Notes: a model not told the origin generated them from the sequence alone. A stretch of 64,000 nucleotides of DNA from Azolla caroliniana (GCA_043228905.1 JBHGNT010000020.1:15500001-15564000), one strand, 5' to 3'. Numbered from the stretch's first letter, positions 24,898 through 39,072 are shown. A program made the numbers and translations.

Positions 24898-26929
24898 TTA
24901 GTATACAAGCTGTGGCTCAAATTCGGCTACATCTACAGAGCCAGACTCGATAGGAGGCATGAAATAGGCTGCTATGAGCTCCGATACTAAACCTGCAATA
25001 GCAGGGATTTTTTGGATGTTCTTGACAATATCAGGGGCATCACTAGACCCGATAGCTACCAACTTCTCATTATATGCCACCATTCTATCAAGCTTAGCTT
25101 TGAACTCCGGGTTCTCAACATCCAAAACAGCAGGGAAGATTCTAGCAGTCGTTCGGTTCGTCTATCAATAGTTAAGGAAAGAATAATGTAAGCAAGTCCT
25201 CTCAACAAAAACATTGCAATGAATAAAGGGTTTAACAAATATTTTACCTCGATGATAACATGCATGTCAAATTCCTTAGTGTTCAACCCAATACCCTCAT
25301 AGAATGCAGTCCTTTGGGTGTCATTTAGGTACATTGTAACATACACCTAATGTGAAATAAAGATAGCTCAAGTTATACATTGGCAACCGTTTGGTTCAAG
25401 AACATGAAAAAGACAACAAAAACTTACCGAAAGACAGAAGAACCTCGACCAGAGCTTGGCTTGCCAGTCATTCAAAAACTGCGGCTGAGCTTTCAAGAGT
25501 GCAGAAAAGAAATCACCATGCCTGTTCTCATCTTGGCACCAATTCTCAAAATATTTAAAGATGGGGTATAGCTGGTATTCTGGGTTGGTCTTAAGATGTC
25601 GGTAGATTGTGATGTAGCGCCAGTAGCCAATCTTCTCAGATAGATAAGTAGCATAGAAGATAAACTTGGGCTTGAAGAAGGTGTATGTTCTTGCTTTGGT
25701 GAGGAATCCGAGATCAAGGGCCAAGTTGAAGTCCGAAAGGCCTTTATTAAGAAACCTATCAGTCAAGACATCCCAGTAAGATAACATGGGCAGCCAGCCA
25801 ATCCATTGAGTTCTGAAGAGAAGCAAAAGACACTATACACAAAGGATTCCTTACCCCGCATGTCGAGCCTCATCACGAGACATGAGAGTGAAGATTTCAG
25901 CCACTACCGGATTGGTTTTCTGTACAAAGCACAAAGAAGAACAGCATTTGTGATTATCATTGAGGTTCTAATACTCCAATCGTATAACCAGGTTTCACAA
26001 GAAAACATGAAAAACTAAACTTCCCAAAGCACAATAACAAGATGTCCTATATATTTTCAAACCAATCCTATGCTCATTCGCCGGGAGTTGGAGAATATCA
26101 TTTTTAATATACATGTACATAAGGGCGTCACACATAAAATACGCATACGCGTAACGATCTCTTGCACAATTATGCTCCACACAAAACACACTAAGTATCC
26201 TCTCAAAATGTATACAACAATAATTCACAGGTAAATCGTTGAATGCATAGGCCTCTCATTGCACAATGAGGCATCAAAGGTAGACAGATAAACATAAACG
26301 TTCTTATATATACATATACAGAGACAGATGTAGGTAGGTTGGTACATACATACATACATAATCGTATCAAAGATAAAGAGGAAACAAATCATAGAGATTC
26401 TGACGGATACCTTCAGTCTTCGGCCAAGTTCCTTGTAGAGTAGAAAGCCCGAGAATTCGGCAGTGCAAGATCTCTCAAGAAACTCAACAAAAATCTGCCT
26501 CATGGGACCTTGAATATCCTCGGCGGCCTTTTTAAATTCAGCATTCCTCACAAAATGGGTCTGGTTATAATCAGTCTTGAACTCTTGAAGCAAAGCATCA
26601 AACTCTTCTTGTTTAAGATTTGGATTCATCTCAGTGTTGAACATCTGTTCCATCTCATCAAAATCGGTGGTATAGAATCGAGGAGTGAGGAGAGTGTCTT
26701 TTGGAATTGGTTTGGCCCCTGCTTTGGGCTTATCTGCAGTTTCCATGGAAACTCTGTGAGCAGAGAGAGTAGAAGAAGAAGAGAGAGGGGAATATGTCAG
26801 AGACAGAGAACCCAGGCGAGAAGAAGATGATGATGATGATGATGCGGACAAGGAAATAGGAGGAGTGAGCGTGGCAGAGACGCGAGAGATAGAGAGTTCT
26901 GAAACGCAGGGAGCCATTGCCATAGCCAT
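24898..26929 (-). CDS. CHL27: Magnesium-protoporphyrin IX monomethyl ester cyclase (CHL27/CRD1/AcsF), 5 exons
   Basis: Exons 26929-26411, 25919-25855, 25755-25428, 25346-25248 and 25161-24898, all GT-AG. Ser-rich transit peptide, [28 protein letters not shown], di-iron motifs DEARH and DENRH, C-terminus EFEPQLVY. Confidence 0.97.
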
Positions 26930-26961
26930 TTCAGTTCTCCGATCGATGTGTGCGTGTGCTT

Positions 26962-26962
26962 T

Positions 26963-26994
<32 letters not shown>

Positions 26995-27036
26995 AAATAA
27001 GCGAGGAGATACAGAAACAGCAGCAGAGCAGAGCAG

Positions 27037-27079
<43 letters not shown>

Positions 27080-27367
27080 TGTGTGTGTGTGTGTGTGTGT
27101 GGATAGCGTGTGGTGGTGTTATTTGGAGAGGCCTGAAAAACGATTGGTTGAGTTGAGATATGCCCCTATCTATCGTCAATCTCCCTCTCCCTCTCCCTCT
27201 CCCTCTCTCGCGTTGGGCTCAAATATCTCTCTTTTGTTCCTTCATGCATATTTGTGTGTATGCATGGACCAAACAAATGCTTGCTTCGGCCCTCTCCCCG
27301 TCATGTCGTCATCACCTTCTAAGCTTTTCCGTCCTCACAGACACAATACCAAAATCCGAGTGTTGGT

Positions 27368-27410
<43 letters not shown>
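26962..27410. repeat. (GA)n and (GT)n microsatellites upstream of CHL27
   Basis: GA runs at 26963-26990 and 27043-27076; GT runs at 27077-27100 and 27370-27403. Confidence 0.9.
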
Positions 27411-27411
<1 letters not shown>

Positions 27412-27474
27412 GAGCACACACACGTTTATTGTCTGTCTACCCATCCATTCGTTCGGCCTCCTTTTCCAGGCTTG

Positions 27475-27613
27475 AAACAATCTAAGGTATGTTTACATTG
27501 AGTTTCCCTAGCAAAATATCCATAACGATTTAGTACAAAGCCAGTAAACAATCTAGGGTATGTTTACATTGAGTTTCCCTAGCAAAATATCCATAACGAC
27601 TTAGTACAAAGCC
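27475..27613. repeat. 71-bp tandem duplication
   Basis: AAACAATCTA(A/G)GGTATGTTTACATTGAGTTTCCCTAGCAAAATATCCATAACGA.TTAGTACAAAGCCA twice. Confidence 0.85.
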
Positions 27614-28242
27614 ATTGGTCCCGATACTACTTCATTAAAGGAAATTGACCAATGAGAAGGCGTTCTCTACTTCTCTTCCCGGAGTAAATCCTTGTTTGAC
27701 GTCCACTCTCCATCTTTACTAAAGGCGTGATAATATCTCAAGCTAGCAATACAAGTTTGGATAGAGATATGGCACACCAACCAATCATTAGTCAGTGAAA
27801 AATGGCCCTATGAATAAATTTTGAGTTTTTCACCTAGCCCCTCAAGCTTATGGAATTATGAGGATGTCTTCTTTAGTCTTTCTTCAAGTAAGATTTATAT
27901 CAAATCTCGAAAAAGTGTGTAAAATCCCTTTTGAATGCATGCAAATTAACCTTATGTTCAAGTTGGTAATATGGTTTGTCATGTGAACAACTAACTAAAC
28001 CTTTCCTTGCGATGAGCTTATTAGAATTTCGTATAGTCTTACGAGGTGAATAGAAGGTTTCATGGTTTATAGGACCTAGCAATGCACATCATGCATTATT
28101 CTGCATCAACAAATCCCAAGCTGCTTAGTCAAAATCTCAAGGTTGGACACAATCATTATAAGATGTCGTAAGATGGTGAGTGTGCCTCCATCTAACGCTT
28201 CTTTGGGTGGAGACTCTCTCCACAATGCAATGCAATGCAATC

Positions 28243-28745
28243 CTTTTGTTAAGCTATTAGTTTTGAACCACTCAATAGTGTACTGCATGCTACATGTTTG
28301 GGCATCAACTGATTAATGAGGACATAAGCCCATCATCACCATAAGTTTACAAAGCAAAAAACTTTGCCATTATATACTTTACTTCAAGAATTTTAAGCCA
28401 TGCTCTAAATTAGACCATTAGATCGAATTTGTGGAAATGACCAAAAGATTTGACATGATGCTTCTGTTATGTTTTAGCACAATATATTGTTATTTGAGAT
28501 CAATTAGTTCATCATATTCTCATAATTAATTGGAAAGTCTACAACCTTCCTAGTTATTGGGAGGGCAAAGCACGCTTCTAAGGAAGAGGAATATGCAAGC
28601 AATTAGAACTAGTGTGGACAACGCAACAAGGAATACAATGATAAACTCTAGATCTATGTATAAAGTATATTTTGGAGAATCTTGATGAGGATAAAGAAGT
28701 GTGATATGGGTAATGATATAAGTGTTTTTATGAGCACACCTCTAC
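28243..28745. repeat. ~500-bp direct repeat, copy A (copy B at ~31332-31822)
   Basis: CTTTTGTTAAGCTATTAGTTTTGAACCACTCAATAGTG...TTATGAGCACACCT is present on both sides of the copia fragment. Confidence 0.85.
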
Positions 28746-28759
28746 CACGTAAGATCCTC

Positions 28760-31333
28760 AACATTTGGATCCCAAGTCGGAGAAATGTATACTCATAGGG
28801 TACTCACTCAAGCAAAAAGGGTATAAGTGCTTTAACCCTTCCACCAAGAAGGTATGAGTGAGTAGGGATGTCGTATTCGACGAGTCGGCATCTTGGTTTA
28901 CAGCTAAATCAGCCCTATCCGACACAGTCAAAACCGAGTTTGACACATATGTGGAGGAGGAGGATCGACCAAGGCTCACATAAGAGGAAAGTCCAATCTC
29001 AACCAAGTTGAGTGGACCATAAGAGCCTCCAAGCGACCAAAGCACGTCGCAGCTGAGTCTAAAACGGAACAAAGGAAAGGCCAAAATGCTTGAGTATGAA
29101 GATTCAGATAGAAATGAATCGGACCACTCACCTGACAATGAGCATGGTGGACTAGAATCTAGATGTGCCCATCATGAGGACACTAGGAGAACCGCGTGAC
29201 TCCACCCGAGAGAAGAACGTAGTCAGCCGATTTGGGATTTGGCTACGACGACTACATGGCATATCATATGCATTCATGATGAGGGGAGGCGATAGTCCGA
29301 GAGCCGAAAACCTTTTCTGAAGCCGTTAAAGACCCAAGATGGGTTGAAGCGATGAATAAGGAAATGTAAGCCCTCTCCCGAAACACGACATGGGATCTCT
29401 TCCCCTCTTCACCCCATCAACAGGCAATCGGGATGCCGATGGATATACAAGGTGAAGCACAATGCCGACGGCACCATCAATAGGTATAAGGCTCGGCTTG
29501 TTGCCAAAGGGTATCCGTAGACCCACAGGGTCGATTACGAAGAGACCTTTGCCCTGGTGGCAATGATGACTACAATTTGAACCGTGACCGCGCTTGCAGC
29601 AACAAAAGGGTGGCACCTCCACCAAATGGACGTGAAGAACGCATTCCTCCAAAGCGAGTTAGAAGAGGAGGTGTACATGATACAATTGCTTAGATTTGGG
29701 TTGACCACGCATCCGACTGTTGTCTGCCAACTCAAAAAGCCTCTCTACGATCTCAAGCAGGCACCAAGAGCATGGCATTCAAAGATAACACAATATCTTC
29801 ACCAAATCGGCTTTCGAATGTCCAAGTCAGGCAATTCTTTGTTCGTCGGGAATGACTCCAGAGGACAACTATTTATCATAATTTATGCGAATGACCTGAT
29901 CATTGGAGGAGAGCCCCTTGGGGACATTGAACATACCAAAAGGCTACTCTCCGACCTATTCGAAATGACCGATATGAAGGAGCTGGACCATTACTTTCTA
30001 GTAATAGAAATAATTCAGTCCCTCGATGGCATCATGATCTCCCAACGACACTATATCCTCGATCTTCTCTACAAGTTTGGGATGACAAAGTGTAAGCATG
30101 TCACTACCCCTCTCGATCGTAACTTGAAGCTAGATGTTGACTCCGGCACAAGAGAGTGTGAGCCGATGCTCTATCAACAGCTAATCAGAAGCCTCTTCTA
30201 CCTCACAATTACCTGACCCGACCTGAGTTACCCGGCCGGACTCCTTAGCCAGTTCATGCAAACTCCAAGACATCCATCTTGACTATGCTAAGCGAGCGCT
30301 CAAGTATGTGAGTGGAACCATGGATATCGACATCCTCTACAAATCAACCGCATTGATACGACTCGAATGGTACACATATGCTGACTGGGCCGGCTACAAA
30401 GCCGATAGACGATCAACCGCAGGGTTCGTCTTCTCCCTTGACAGCGGAGCCATCTCCTGGAGCAACAAAAAGCAACCGACAATCGCACTGTCGAGCATAG
30501 AGGTTGAATACAAGGGTGCGATAGTTACCACCTGTGAAGCCGTTTGGTTGAAACGGACATTGAAGGATCTGGACATTCCCATATTAGATCCGAATCTCCT
30601 CTACTACAACAGTATGAGCAGTATTCACCTAGCTTAGAACCCAATTTTCCACACTCGTACCAAGCACATCGAAGTGCACTATCACTTCATCCGAGAATGT
30701 GTTCTGGACGAGGATCTCGACCAACAACACATCAACATGAACCTGCAGACGACCGACATATTCACCAAGGCCCTAGGAGTCGACAAGTTGCGACAGTTCA
30801 CGATGAATGTGGGTCTTTCGATCGTCAACCAACCGCGCTTGAGGGGGCTTAAGGAGGAGTGAATTGGCCATTCGAAGCCGAAGTCGGAGTTGACTCAAAG
30901 CCGACCCGAAGACCAATCTGAACCAACCATCGACAATCGGAAGTTGTGTTTGAGGGGGCGTGTTGAGAATCAAACTCAACTTCCCATGTGTGGGAACACA
31001 CTCTAGGATAGTCAAGTGTGTGACCACCCCACCTCCTTGTATAATAACTAGTGTGTCATAGTAGTTAATATCCTATGACACATATTCTTTAAGTAGTTAA
31101 GACTCGACCTCTTTCCCAAGAGACGACTCTAGTGAGAGAACCTAGAGAGAAGGTGACTACATAAGCACCTTCTCCTTCTCTTTGTAGTTGTTGGATTATT
31201 CTTGCTCCTTGTTAATATAGTTTTACTATTTTTTATGTAACTCTTGAGTTCTCTCTCTCTCTCTACATCGCACACACTCTCTCCACACACGCACGCACGG
31301 TTCTTTCGTTGCACAGAATCATCACCAATTCTT
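28760..31333 (+). mobile_element. Truncated Ty1/copia (integrase tail, RT, RNase H, PPT, 3' LTR from 30961)
   Basis: LDPKSEKCILIGYS, YKARLVAKG, LHQMDVKNAFL, LKQAPRAW, YADWAG..DRRSTAG, TKHIEVHYHFIRE. PPT TGAGGGGGCG then LTR TGTTGAGAATC. Confidence 0.9.
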
Positions 31334-31822
31334 TTGTTAAGCTATTAGTTTTGAACCACTCAATAGTGTACTACATGCTACATGATTGGGCATCAACTAA
31401 TTAATGAGGACATAAACCCACCACCACAAGTTTACAAAACACAAAAATTTGCCATTATATACTTTACTTCAAGAAATTTAAGCCATGCTCTAAATTAGAT
31501 CATTAGATCGAATTTGTGAAAATGACCAAAAGATTCAACACGATGCTTTGCGTGTTATGTTTTAGCACAATATATTGTTAATTGTGATCAATTAGTTCAT
31601 CATATTCTCATGATTAATAGGAAAAATCTACACCCTTCCTAGTTATTGAGAGGACAAAACGTGCTTCTAAGGAAGTGGAATATGCAAGCAATTAGAACTA
31701 GTGTGGACAATGCAACAAGGAATACATTGATAAATTGTAGATCTCTATATAAAATATATTTTGGAGAATCTTGACGAGGATAAAGGAGTGTGATATGGGT
31801 AATGATCTTATGAGCACACCTA
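31332..31822. repeat. ~500-bp direct repeat, copy B
   Basis: Diverged copy of 28243-28745. Confidence 0.85.
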
Positions 31823-32079
31823 TCACTTTAAGGATTCAAGATGTCACAAATTGACCCAACCTATCCATTCATGGATGGACATATGGTTATATACCATTTA
31901 GAGAGTCATAGGCTATACATTGAACATTAGTTATGTATAGGGGTTGGTAGTATATAAAGGTCTAGGCCATAACTACAATATGTGGATATGATTCTCAGCT
32001 CGAGGTTGCTGAAAATTGTTTTTATGCTTAGAAATACCTTAGTGAATATGTATTCTCAAAGGACAATATCTGCATGCAA

Positions 32080-32260
32080 AGGCCATCAAAGTTGGGTTTG
32101 ATGGAAATGTGGTCGTGGGAAACTCTTTGATTCATATCTACATAAAATGTGGTCTGATAATGGAAGCAAGAATGGTCCGGAATGTGATTGCATCTGGATA
32201 TGCTGACTATGGGCTTGGAAAAGCAAGTGTTTTATTGCATGGAGCAAATGCACAGTCTCT
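32080..32260 (+). pseudogene. PPR-protein fragment
   Basis: VVVGNSLIHIYIKCGLIMEARMV..NVIASGYADYG resembles the PLS-class PPR motif GNSLIDMYAKCG..EAR.VF...WN.MI.GYA..G. No intact ORF. Confidence 0.5.
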
Positions 32261-32489
32261 AACAAAGGCTGGACATGGAGGTCACAAAAACAAGTGCTCA
32301 AGAAGAAGAGCACAAGAAATTTTAATTTACACACACAATCACACACGCACACATCTAACAACAAAAAATGATGAACGAAGAAGAGAGGGCAAGGAGCTCA
32401 AATTCTATTGGTTGATCTCTGTGTGTCTGTCTGTGTATGTTCTCCTCGGATGTGAAGGACTGTCTGTTTCTTGCTTTCTTTAGCGAGCG

Positions 32490-34927
32490 ATGAAGGCCGT
32501 GTACCGGATCGGGTTCTGGATCCGTGAGACTGGACAAGCTCTCGACCGCCTGGGCTCTCGTCTTCAAGGAACCTATGCTTTCCAGGAACAGAGTAAGTGT
32601 ACACGTTTTTTATCCACACGCTCACCAAAACCCTCACCGCTCTTCTTTTTTCGTCTTGTTAACCGTTAAAATTTGTTTTCGCTTAATATTCTGCGTCCGT
32701 TGCAATCCTGAAAATGTTGTCACTATTCTGCTCCTTTCGTAGTCTAACGCCTCAACTTGGTTTTTTTCCATGAACCGCACATATACATATAGAGTAGAAA
32801 ATTTAACCTTATGTTGCTGAATCAAGATTGAGTTCAAACTATGTATAGGAAACTTAGACAGGGTCAATCTTATGACCTCTGTCCAAACTGCATACTAACT
32901 ACCTTGGTTTCATCTGAGGAAGCATGATAGCTGAAAAAACTCTTGACAATAATAATAATGTCTGTTCACCTTTTGAATTGCAACCAGTGACAATGACCGG
33001 TTTGCTCCGTATGTGTTAGATGAGTAAGAAAATGGGATGTATTGGATAGTAATGATTAATATATGAGTTAGGCTGTTGAGAAGGCATTTTATTTCTGCTC
33101 AACAGCTGGACATCAATATTAGCGAATCAATCTTCATCATGATCTCTAAAAATAATTGAGAAGAAATGGAGCCTGGTCATATAGCTGAGCCATGGTATTT
33201 GAGGCGTGACATTTTTGTACCCCATGACTGTTAGAATGGCAACTTAAGGAGAGTAAAAGATTTAAGGAAAATCATCAAATACAAGGTTGTACCTGATATT
33301 GGAGTATTTCTGAAAGTGTTTCAAATGTTTCCCTTGAAAAGCAAAAACACAGACCTTCTTTATAATCCAGTAACCAAGTTATATATTATAAATGCGAATT
33401 TTAAAATAAAATGCCTAGTGGAACACATACTGAGTATATGAAATGATTAACGGACTGAAAGTTCACAAGTGAAGCTTTCCCTATTGATGGTGTTAAGTTT
33501 GATTTTGGAAATTGGCTTGAACTCGGGATCCTTATCTCAGGTTTTTGATACCCATGTCTCTTTTCGTAAGGCCCCAAGATGAAACATAATGAAGCTTCAA
33601 AACGACAAAACTCACTGAAGTATATCGCCTTTCACGTGACTCCAAAACTGGTGTGTGTCTAATGAATATGTATTGGTTCTGCAATCAGCACCCCTTGGAA
33701 ATATGTCTGCACTATGCCCATTTTTGCTTTCTCAAGGTTGTCTTGTGCCTCTCTTTCTATACATTTAGTTTTATGACACACAGGCTCTTAGCATTATGCA
33801 TACTTCAGTATCTATATTATATTCTAATTTATACTTGTATTAATATAGTCTCGAGGCACCGGACTCTTATGAACCTCTATGATAAAGTCCCTGTCATACC
33901 ACAGAATGCATTTGTTGCCCCAAGCGCAGCTGTTGTTGGAGATGTGAAAGTGGGTTCTGGTTCTTCTATTTGGCATGGTTGTGTCCTCAGAGGTAAGAGA
34001 CACAAACTTCAATAACCAGTTTCTGTGTTTCTCCTTAAAAAAGCTCTTAATTTTCATGAGCAAAACTGAAGATATTTAGATTCATAATTACAGGAGACAT
34101 AAATGGAATTAGTGTTGGAATTGGAACCAATATTCAAGATCATTCTCTTGTTCATGTATCTAAGACAAATATCCTTGGCACATCCATGCCAGTTGCCATT
34201 GGTAGCAGAGTAACAATCGGTAATGCTTGCATATTTTCAACATATTATTTTATCATTTGAGGTGATTTGCGTTGGTAGAACTGATTACACGGTTTATTTC
34301 CTATCAGGTCATAGCTCTGTATTACATGGATGCACTATTGAGGACGACATATTGATTGGGCCAGGTGCAACTCTCCTTGATGGTGTGCATGTTGAGAAGA
34401 ATTCTATGGTTGCTGCTGGAGCTGTAGTGAAAGAGAATACACGCATCCCAACTGGAGAGGTAAATATGAAGATTGAATGTATGGTTTAAAGATTGTTTGA
34501 GTATATGGTAGATAGGGATGGCCTTGAAATTGTGCAAGCAAATAATGCTACAATCCTTTATCATCCTGGATTAATGCAGTGACAATCGAGCACTTTTTAA
34601 TGATTGATTATTCTATTATACAAACTTTAAAGAAATGAAAATGTGTTTATTTTGACTGTGTTGCAGGTTTGGGCTGGAAACCCAGCTACATTCTCAAGAA
34701 AGTTATCAGAAGAAGAGATTGCGTCCTTTGCCAAGTCAGCAGAAAACTATGCAAAGTTAGCTGAAACATATGCCCGAGAGAATAGCAGAACATATGAAGA
34801 AATCCAATCTGACAAGACTCTACACAAGAAATGGGAGGTCCCAAGTCAAGACTACGATTCACATATTGGTGTAGTTCATGAAAAGACCCCTGTTCATCTG
34901 ACCTTGAGAGAGCCTACAACAGCTTAG
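32490..34927 (+). CDS. GAMMACA: Mitochondrial gamma carbonic anhydrase (complex I CA domain subunit), 5 coding exons
   Basis: Exons 32490-32592, 33849-33992, 34094-34219, 34308-34459 and 34667-34927. [23 protein letters not shown], hexapeptide repeats, LRGD, three His ligands (VHV, GHS, LHG), WAGNPA. Confidence 0.93.
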
Positions 34928-36440
34928 TGTTGAAGTGACCAAAATAAATGATTTGATGCTTTTCAATGAAGAGGGGATGAAGGCATCTGATCGTCTCCTT
35001 AGGCTCCCTTCAGGAAAGAAAGTACATTGGTACACTGCTTACTTCGTTTACCCTTTATACCTGGAGACTAAATAAATTCAGATATATATAGCCTTTGGTG
35101 GCTGCCATGCATCTGATTGTTTGAGCATTTTTGTATGGAAGGTTTTTATTTTTGTTTGTTTTGCGCTCGTTGACATTTGACCTGCCTTTACCAGATGGTA
35201 ATCAGTGATATAACGGTAATACTTTTTTGTGCATGATTAGTGTCTCGAAAGAGCTAAACTCAATTAGGTATCCATGAGATCTGTAAAGGGAACTACATAT
35301 AGGAAGCATATTTCAACTCACTGAGGTTTTGGATTTGAACAACCAATGAATAAGTCATGCAGGTTGTTATTTTATTTCTCCAGTTTTTGAATATGATATT
35401 TTTAATCCTAAAGAGAAATGCCCTTATAATTCATTAGGTGCTATAACAAGTTCTCAACTTAAGCTTTGTTTGATGCAACTAAATCTGTGGAACCTTAATC
35501 ACGGGCGTGTCTTTGGTTTTATTAAGTCATACAGAACCAATTAGTTTGTGAAGAATAGGCACGCAATAAATAAACCAGAACACACTAGACTGTAGAGGCC
35601 AGTCCAAACGCTCTTCGGATATATAGAAGCTATATAAAAATTGTCTCCATCATTTGCATGATCCCTCGAGACATTTTGTATTTGGTTTCATTGTATTCCA
35701 AAAAGAGACTAGTTCATTCGAAATTTGAATTGCTTGAAAGATGAGAGTAATAATATGGAGAAGCCATAGGCAAGAATACAATTGAAGCATCAATTTTCAC
35801 AAAAGCAATTCATAAAAAGTTTTCCTTATTTACAAAATCGAGACCAAAATCAGCTGAAACAAATGGACTTGAAAACCATAGAATTGACATGTCCATGAAG
35901 CCTTGATTTAACAATAGTATTGTGACATCTCTATGATTATGAAATGCATCCATGTCATAAAGCAAAAATATCAACTATTTTTCCACACGTGACCAGTTTA
36001 ATATGGCACAAGTGCACTTGGAAGAACGTCAGTATTTCCAAGTATAAATGAATATTATACTGTGTTTTTGAAGGCTCTTATTCAAGGGTACTATAACTCA
36101 AGGATAGAGGAAGGGCATCATTTGCAAATGCATGCGTAGGGCACATCCTAGGATAACACTTGCATTTTACCTTCAATCTAGTCACACAGTATGCTTTAGG
36201 GAATCTTATCACTCTTTTAACTGAAGTTAAAACTTCACTCAAACTAAATTTAAAAAAGAAAACAACGTGCATGAGGTCATCAGAATGTCCATGTGATTTA
36301 TATTCTGCAATATACATGAACATGAGTACAACACTATTTAACAATGTCACCAAGACCATATATGGTTTCAAGTAGTACTAAAAAGAGTTATAGGTCAAAT
36401 GTAACTGCCTACAAAAAGCTTAAGGAATTTACAGATCTAA

Positions 36441-37674
36441 TTAATCTTCTGATTTGGTTTGAACAACAAGTCGATAGAATAGCTTTTCTTCACCAGCGTC
36501 GTCTGTTCGAAATATCTTCACCACATCTCCTCTTTTGAACCCATAATACCTTGCCACAGGATCATCCTCTTGCATGTAAGGAAGCTTTTGGAACACATTT
36601 GTGACAAGAAACCTGATAAGATTCACCTCTTGATTTAAACAAAATGGACCCATTGACATTACTGCCATTTCTTGTTTACCTGTTTCTCGTCTACCGCATA
36701 ACCCTCTAATAATGCTTGCTTTTCCACTGTGCTGAGTAATTTGTGCTTTGGAATCAATGCATGATCCATGATATTCACAAGCAACTCTGATTCCTGTGAC
36801 AAAGATTAAATTTGTACTATAGATGGTCACAACTAACAAAGTACTCACTTGAAAATATGTAAATGCAGAATGTGTTTGAATGATCCTTTACCAGGAAAAC
36901 TTCCATATGATATTTTGTTTTTTCAATGACAGGAATGCATTTTTTGGCATCATTCTTGAGTGGTCGTCGAAGCACCATTATGGATCTTTGCGCACTTTCT
37001 TCCTTCATCTGCTCAACTACTGTCATGATTGTGGGGACTTTCACATCCATCTGATCCGGAAATACAACAATGATCTAGACACAAGAAATCACTAGATGAT
37101 GAGGTCAATACATCATAGATACAATACATGTACACACACATATTATAAGCTTGGTGAACTCAGTAGGATTTGCTAAATCTGCTGGTAATGTGTATATATG
37201 CATATGTCTTTACATATTTGTTTGAGTAGGTGAATCTCTGTGTACATGTATATACATGTGTAGGTATATGCATGTACACAGAGAGACAAATCTACACATA
37301 CAAATATGTATAGAGACGTTTCCATACACATTACCAGCAAGATTTAGCCCAATCCTAATGGATTCACCGAGCTTATAATGCACATTAAGAAAGGAATAAA
37401 ACAATATTACCCTATCGGAGCAGGAAGAATGGTGTTGGGCAGAAATGGTGAGGGCATGGCGGGCAGGATCATCCCCGAACAGAGTTCGGAAGCGTCGGAT
37501 GGGCATAGCGAGGTCGGAATCAGAGATGGAGTATCCCCGATCATACAGCATCCGCAGAAGCGTCCTTCTCACATAGAACAACCCCAGGTAGGAGCTGGAG
37601 GCGTTCTCAGCTGTAGTAGTAAACTCGCAGTTGAAGTGAGATGAAGCATCAGTATCAGACGGCGCCATCATCAT
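36441..37674 (-). CDS. RNA polymerase subunit 5 (RPB5) family protein, divergent paralog, 4 exons
   Basis: Exons 37674-37411, 37074-36892, 36793-36680 and 36584-36441. RRTLLRMLYDRGY, ESELLVNIMDHALIPKH, QLPYMQEDDPVARYYGFKRGDVVKI...YRLVV. Confidence 0.88.
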
Positions 37675-38594
37675 GAGCAAAATGTCTACGAATTGTGATG
37701 GGCTCAATTAGAGAAAGTGGAAACCCCTGGACCTGAAATAGTGACAGTATGAGGTGGGGAAAGAGGCAGTATGTATATGTATGTATGTAGTTGAATTCAA
37801 GAAACATATGGGCATGAACTTACCTCCGTTGCAATTGAAGGAGGAGGATTATGGATATGGTGGTGGTTGATGGTGAGGTCCGCTTTCCTGTCGGGCACAT
37901 ACGTATGTATAGACAGAATGAAATATAATAGTATGTAATGATAGAAGTAAGAAAAGAAGGTTGGGGGGGGGGGGGGGGGGGAGATGATTTTGTAATTGAT
38001 TTTGTAATTGCAATAAGATTTTGCTTTTTTATATTTCAAAAGAAACAAACCTCCCATGACCACTTTTGGCCTCGGAAGCCTATACACTTACCTTGCTTTC
38101 TTTCTTTGTCCAACTCCTTTCTCTTTCTAACCTCAACATAATGTTTTCTTGCCAAATAATAGAAGAAGTGACCTATGTTGATTCAACATACCAATAAAAA
38201 GAGCATATCACTTTTGAATGTTTTGCATAGGATGACATCAAGCATGATTTCCAAGAATTCTTAGAAGGTTGCACAAAGATTTCAAGAACCCCCTATATTC
38301 TCGAGCAAGTTGGGTCAACACTTTTGAGGTCGACTTTTTCTTTTTTTCTAAAGATTTTCTTTCATAGTATTAAGAAAAAACGCCCGAAGGCTACAACTTG
38401 AACCTAGTTGCCCAAGAGGTTACAACTTTTCCTATACAATGATGTAAAATAATCCCAGGACCAAATATTCGAACTTTGTAGAAGGTGTTGACGTTTGTTG
38501 ATATTCAAGAAAGAGTCCATAGAAGTCGATAGTGCCATTGAGGCTCTTGAGTTGACATTGTAAATAGGGGCAACTTTTTCCTTCTCTTATTCAT

Positions 38595-39072
38595 AGTCGG
38601 CCTCCTTAGCTAGTTCATGCAAACTCCGTGAGACGTCCATCTCGACTGTGCTAAGCGAGTGCTCAGGTATGTGAGTGGAACCTGTTGGGTGACAGGTCCC
38701 TCTGGATGGGAAGGGAGAAGAACAGTGCTGACGAACCGGATGAGGAGTACCCGGCTACGGAGAGCCGGATGGTGCAGACCCGGTATGAACCGGATGAGGA
38801 GTACCCGGCTATGGAGAGCCGGATGGTGCAGACCCGGTGAGAACCGGATGAAGAGACATATTCGTAAATATGTTTCTGAGAGTCCATCGAGGCTATATTT
38901 GTAAATAGCCGAAAAGTTATATTAGTATAAATATGACTTAGGGCAAAATTTTAGGTGTTGTTGTCATTCCTGTTTTCGCACGAGATTAGAGCACGTAACA
39001 GTGTACAGAGAGAGAGAGAGAGAAAGAGGTCGCTGCCTGTACACAGAGAGAGAGAGAAAGAGTGAGGAGGCG
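38595..39072 (+). mobile_element. Scrambled copia RT fragment, LTR-like insert with short tandem repeats, and PPT
   Basis: GLLS*FMQTP*DVHLDCAKRVLRYVSGT (same family as 30240-30320); repeated GAACCGGATGAGGAGTACCCGGCTA.GGAGAGCCGGATGGTGCAGACCCGGT; PPT TGAGGAGGCG. Confidence 0.6.

Noticed and set aside
26865-27501. ORFs of 179 and 113 aa upstream of CHL27
   Set aside because: They are microsatellite translations (ERER, CVCV).
37963-37981. Poly-G run upstream of the RPB5-like gene as a G-quadruplex regulator
   Set aside because: A simple homopolymer with no further support; its length may be an assembly artefact.
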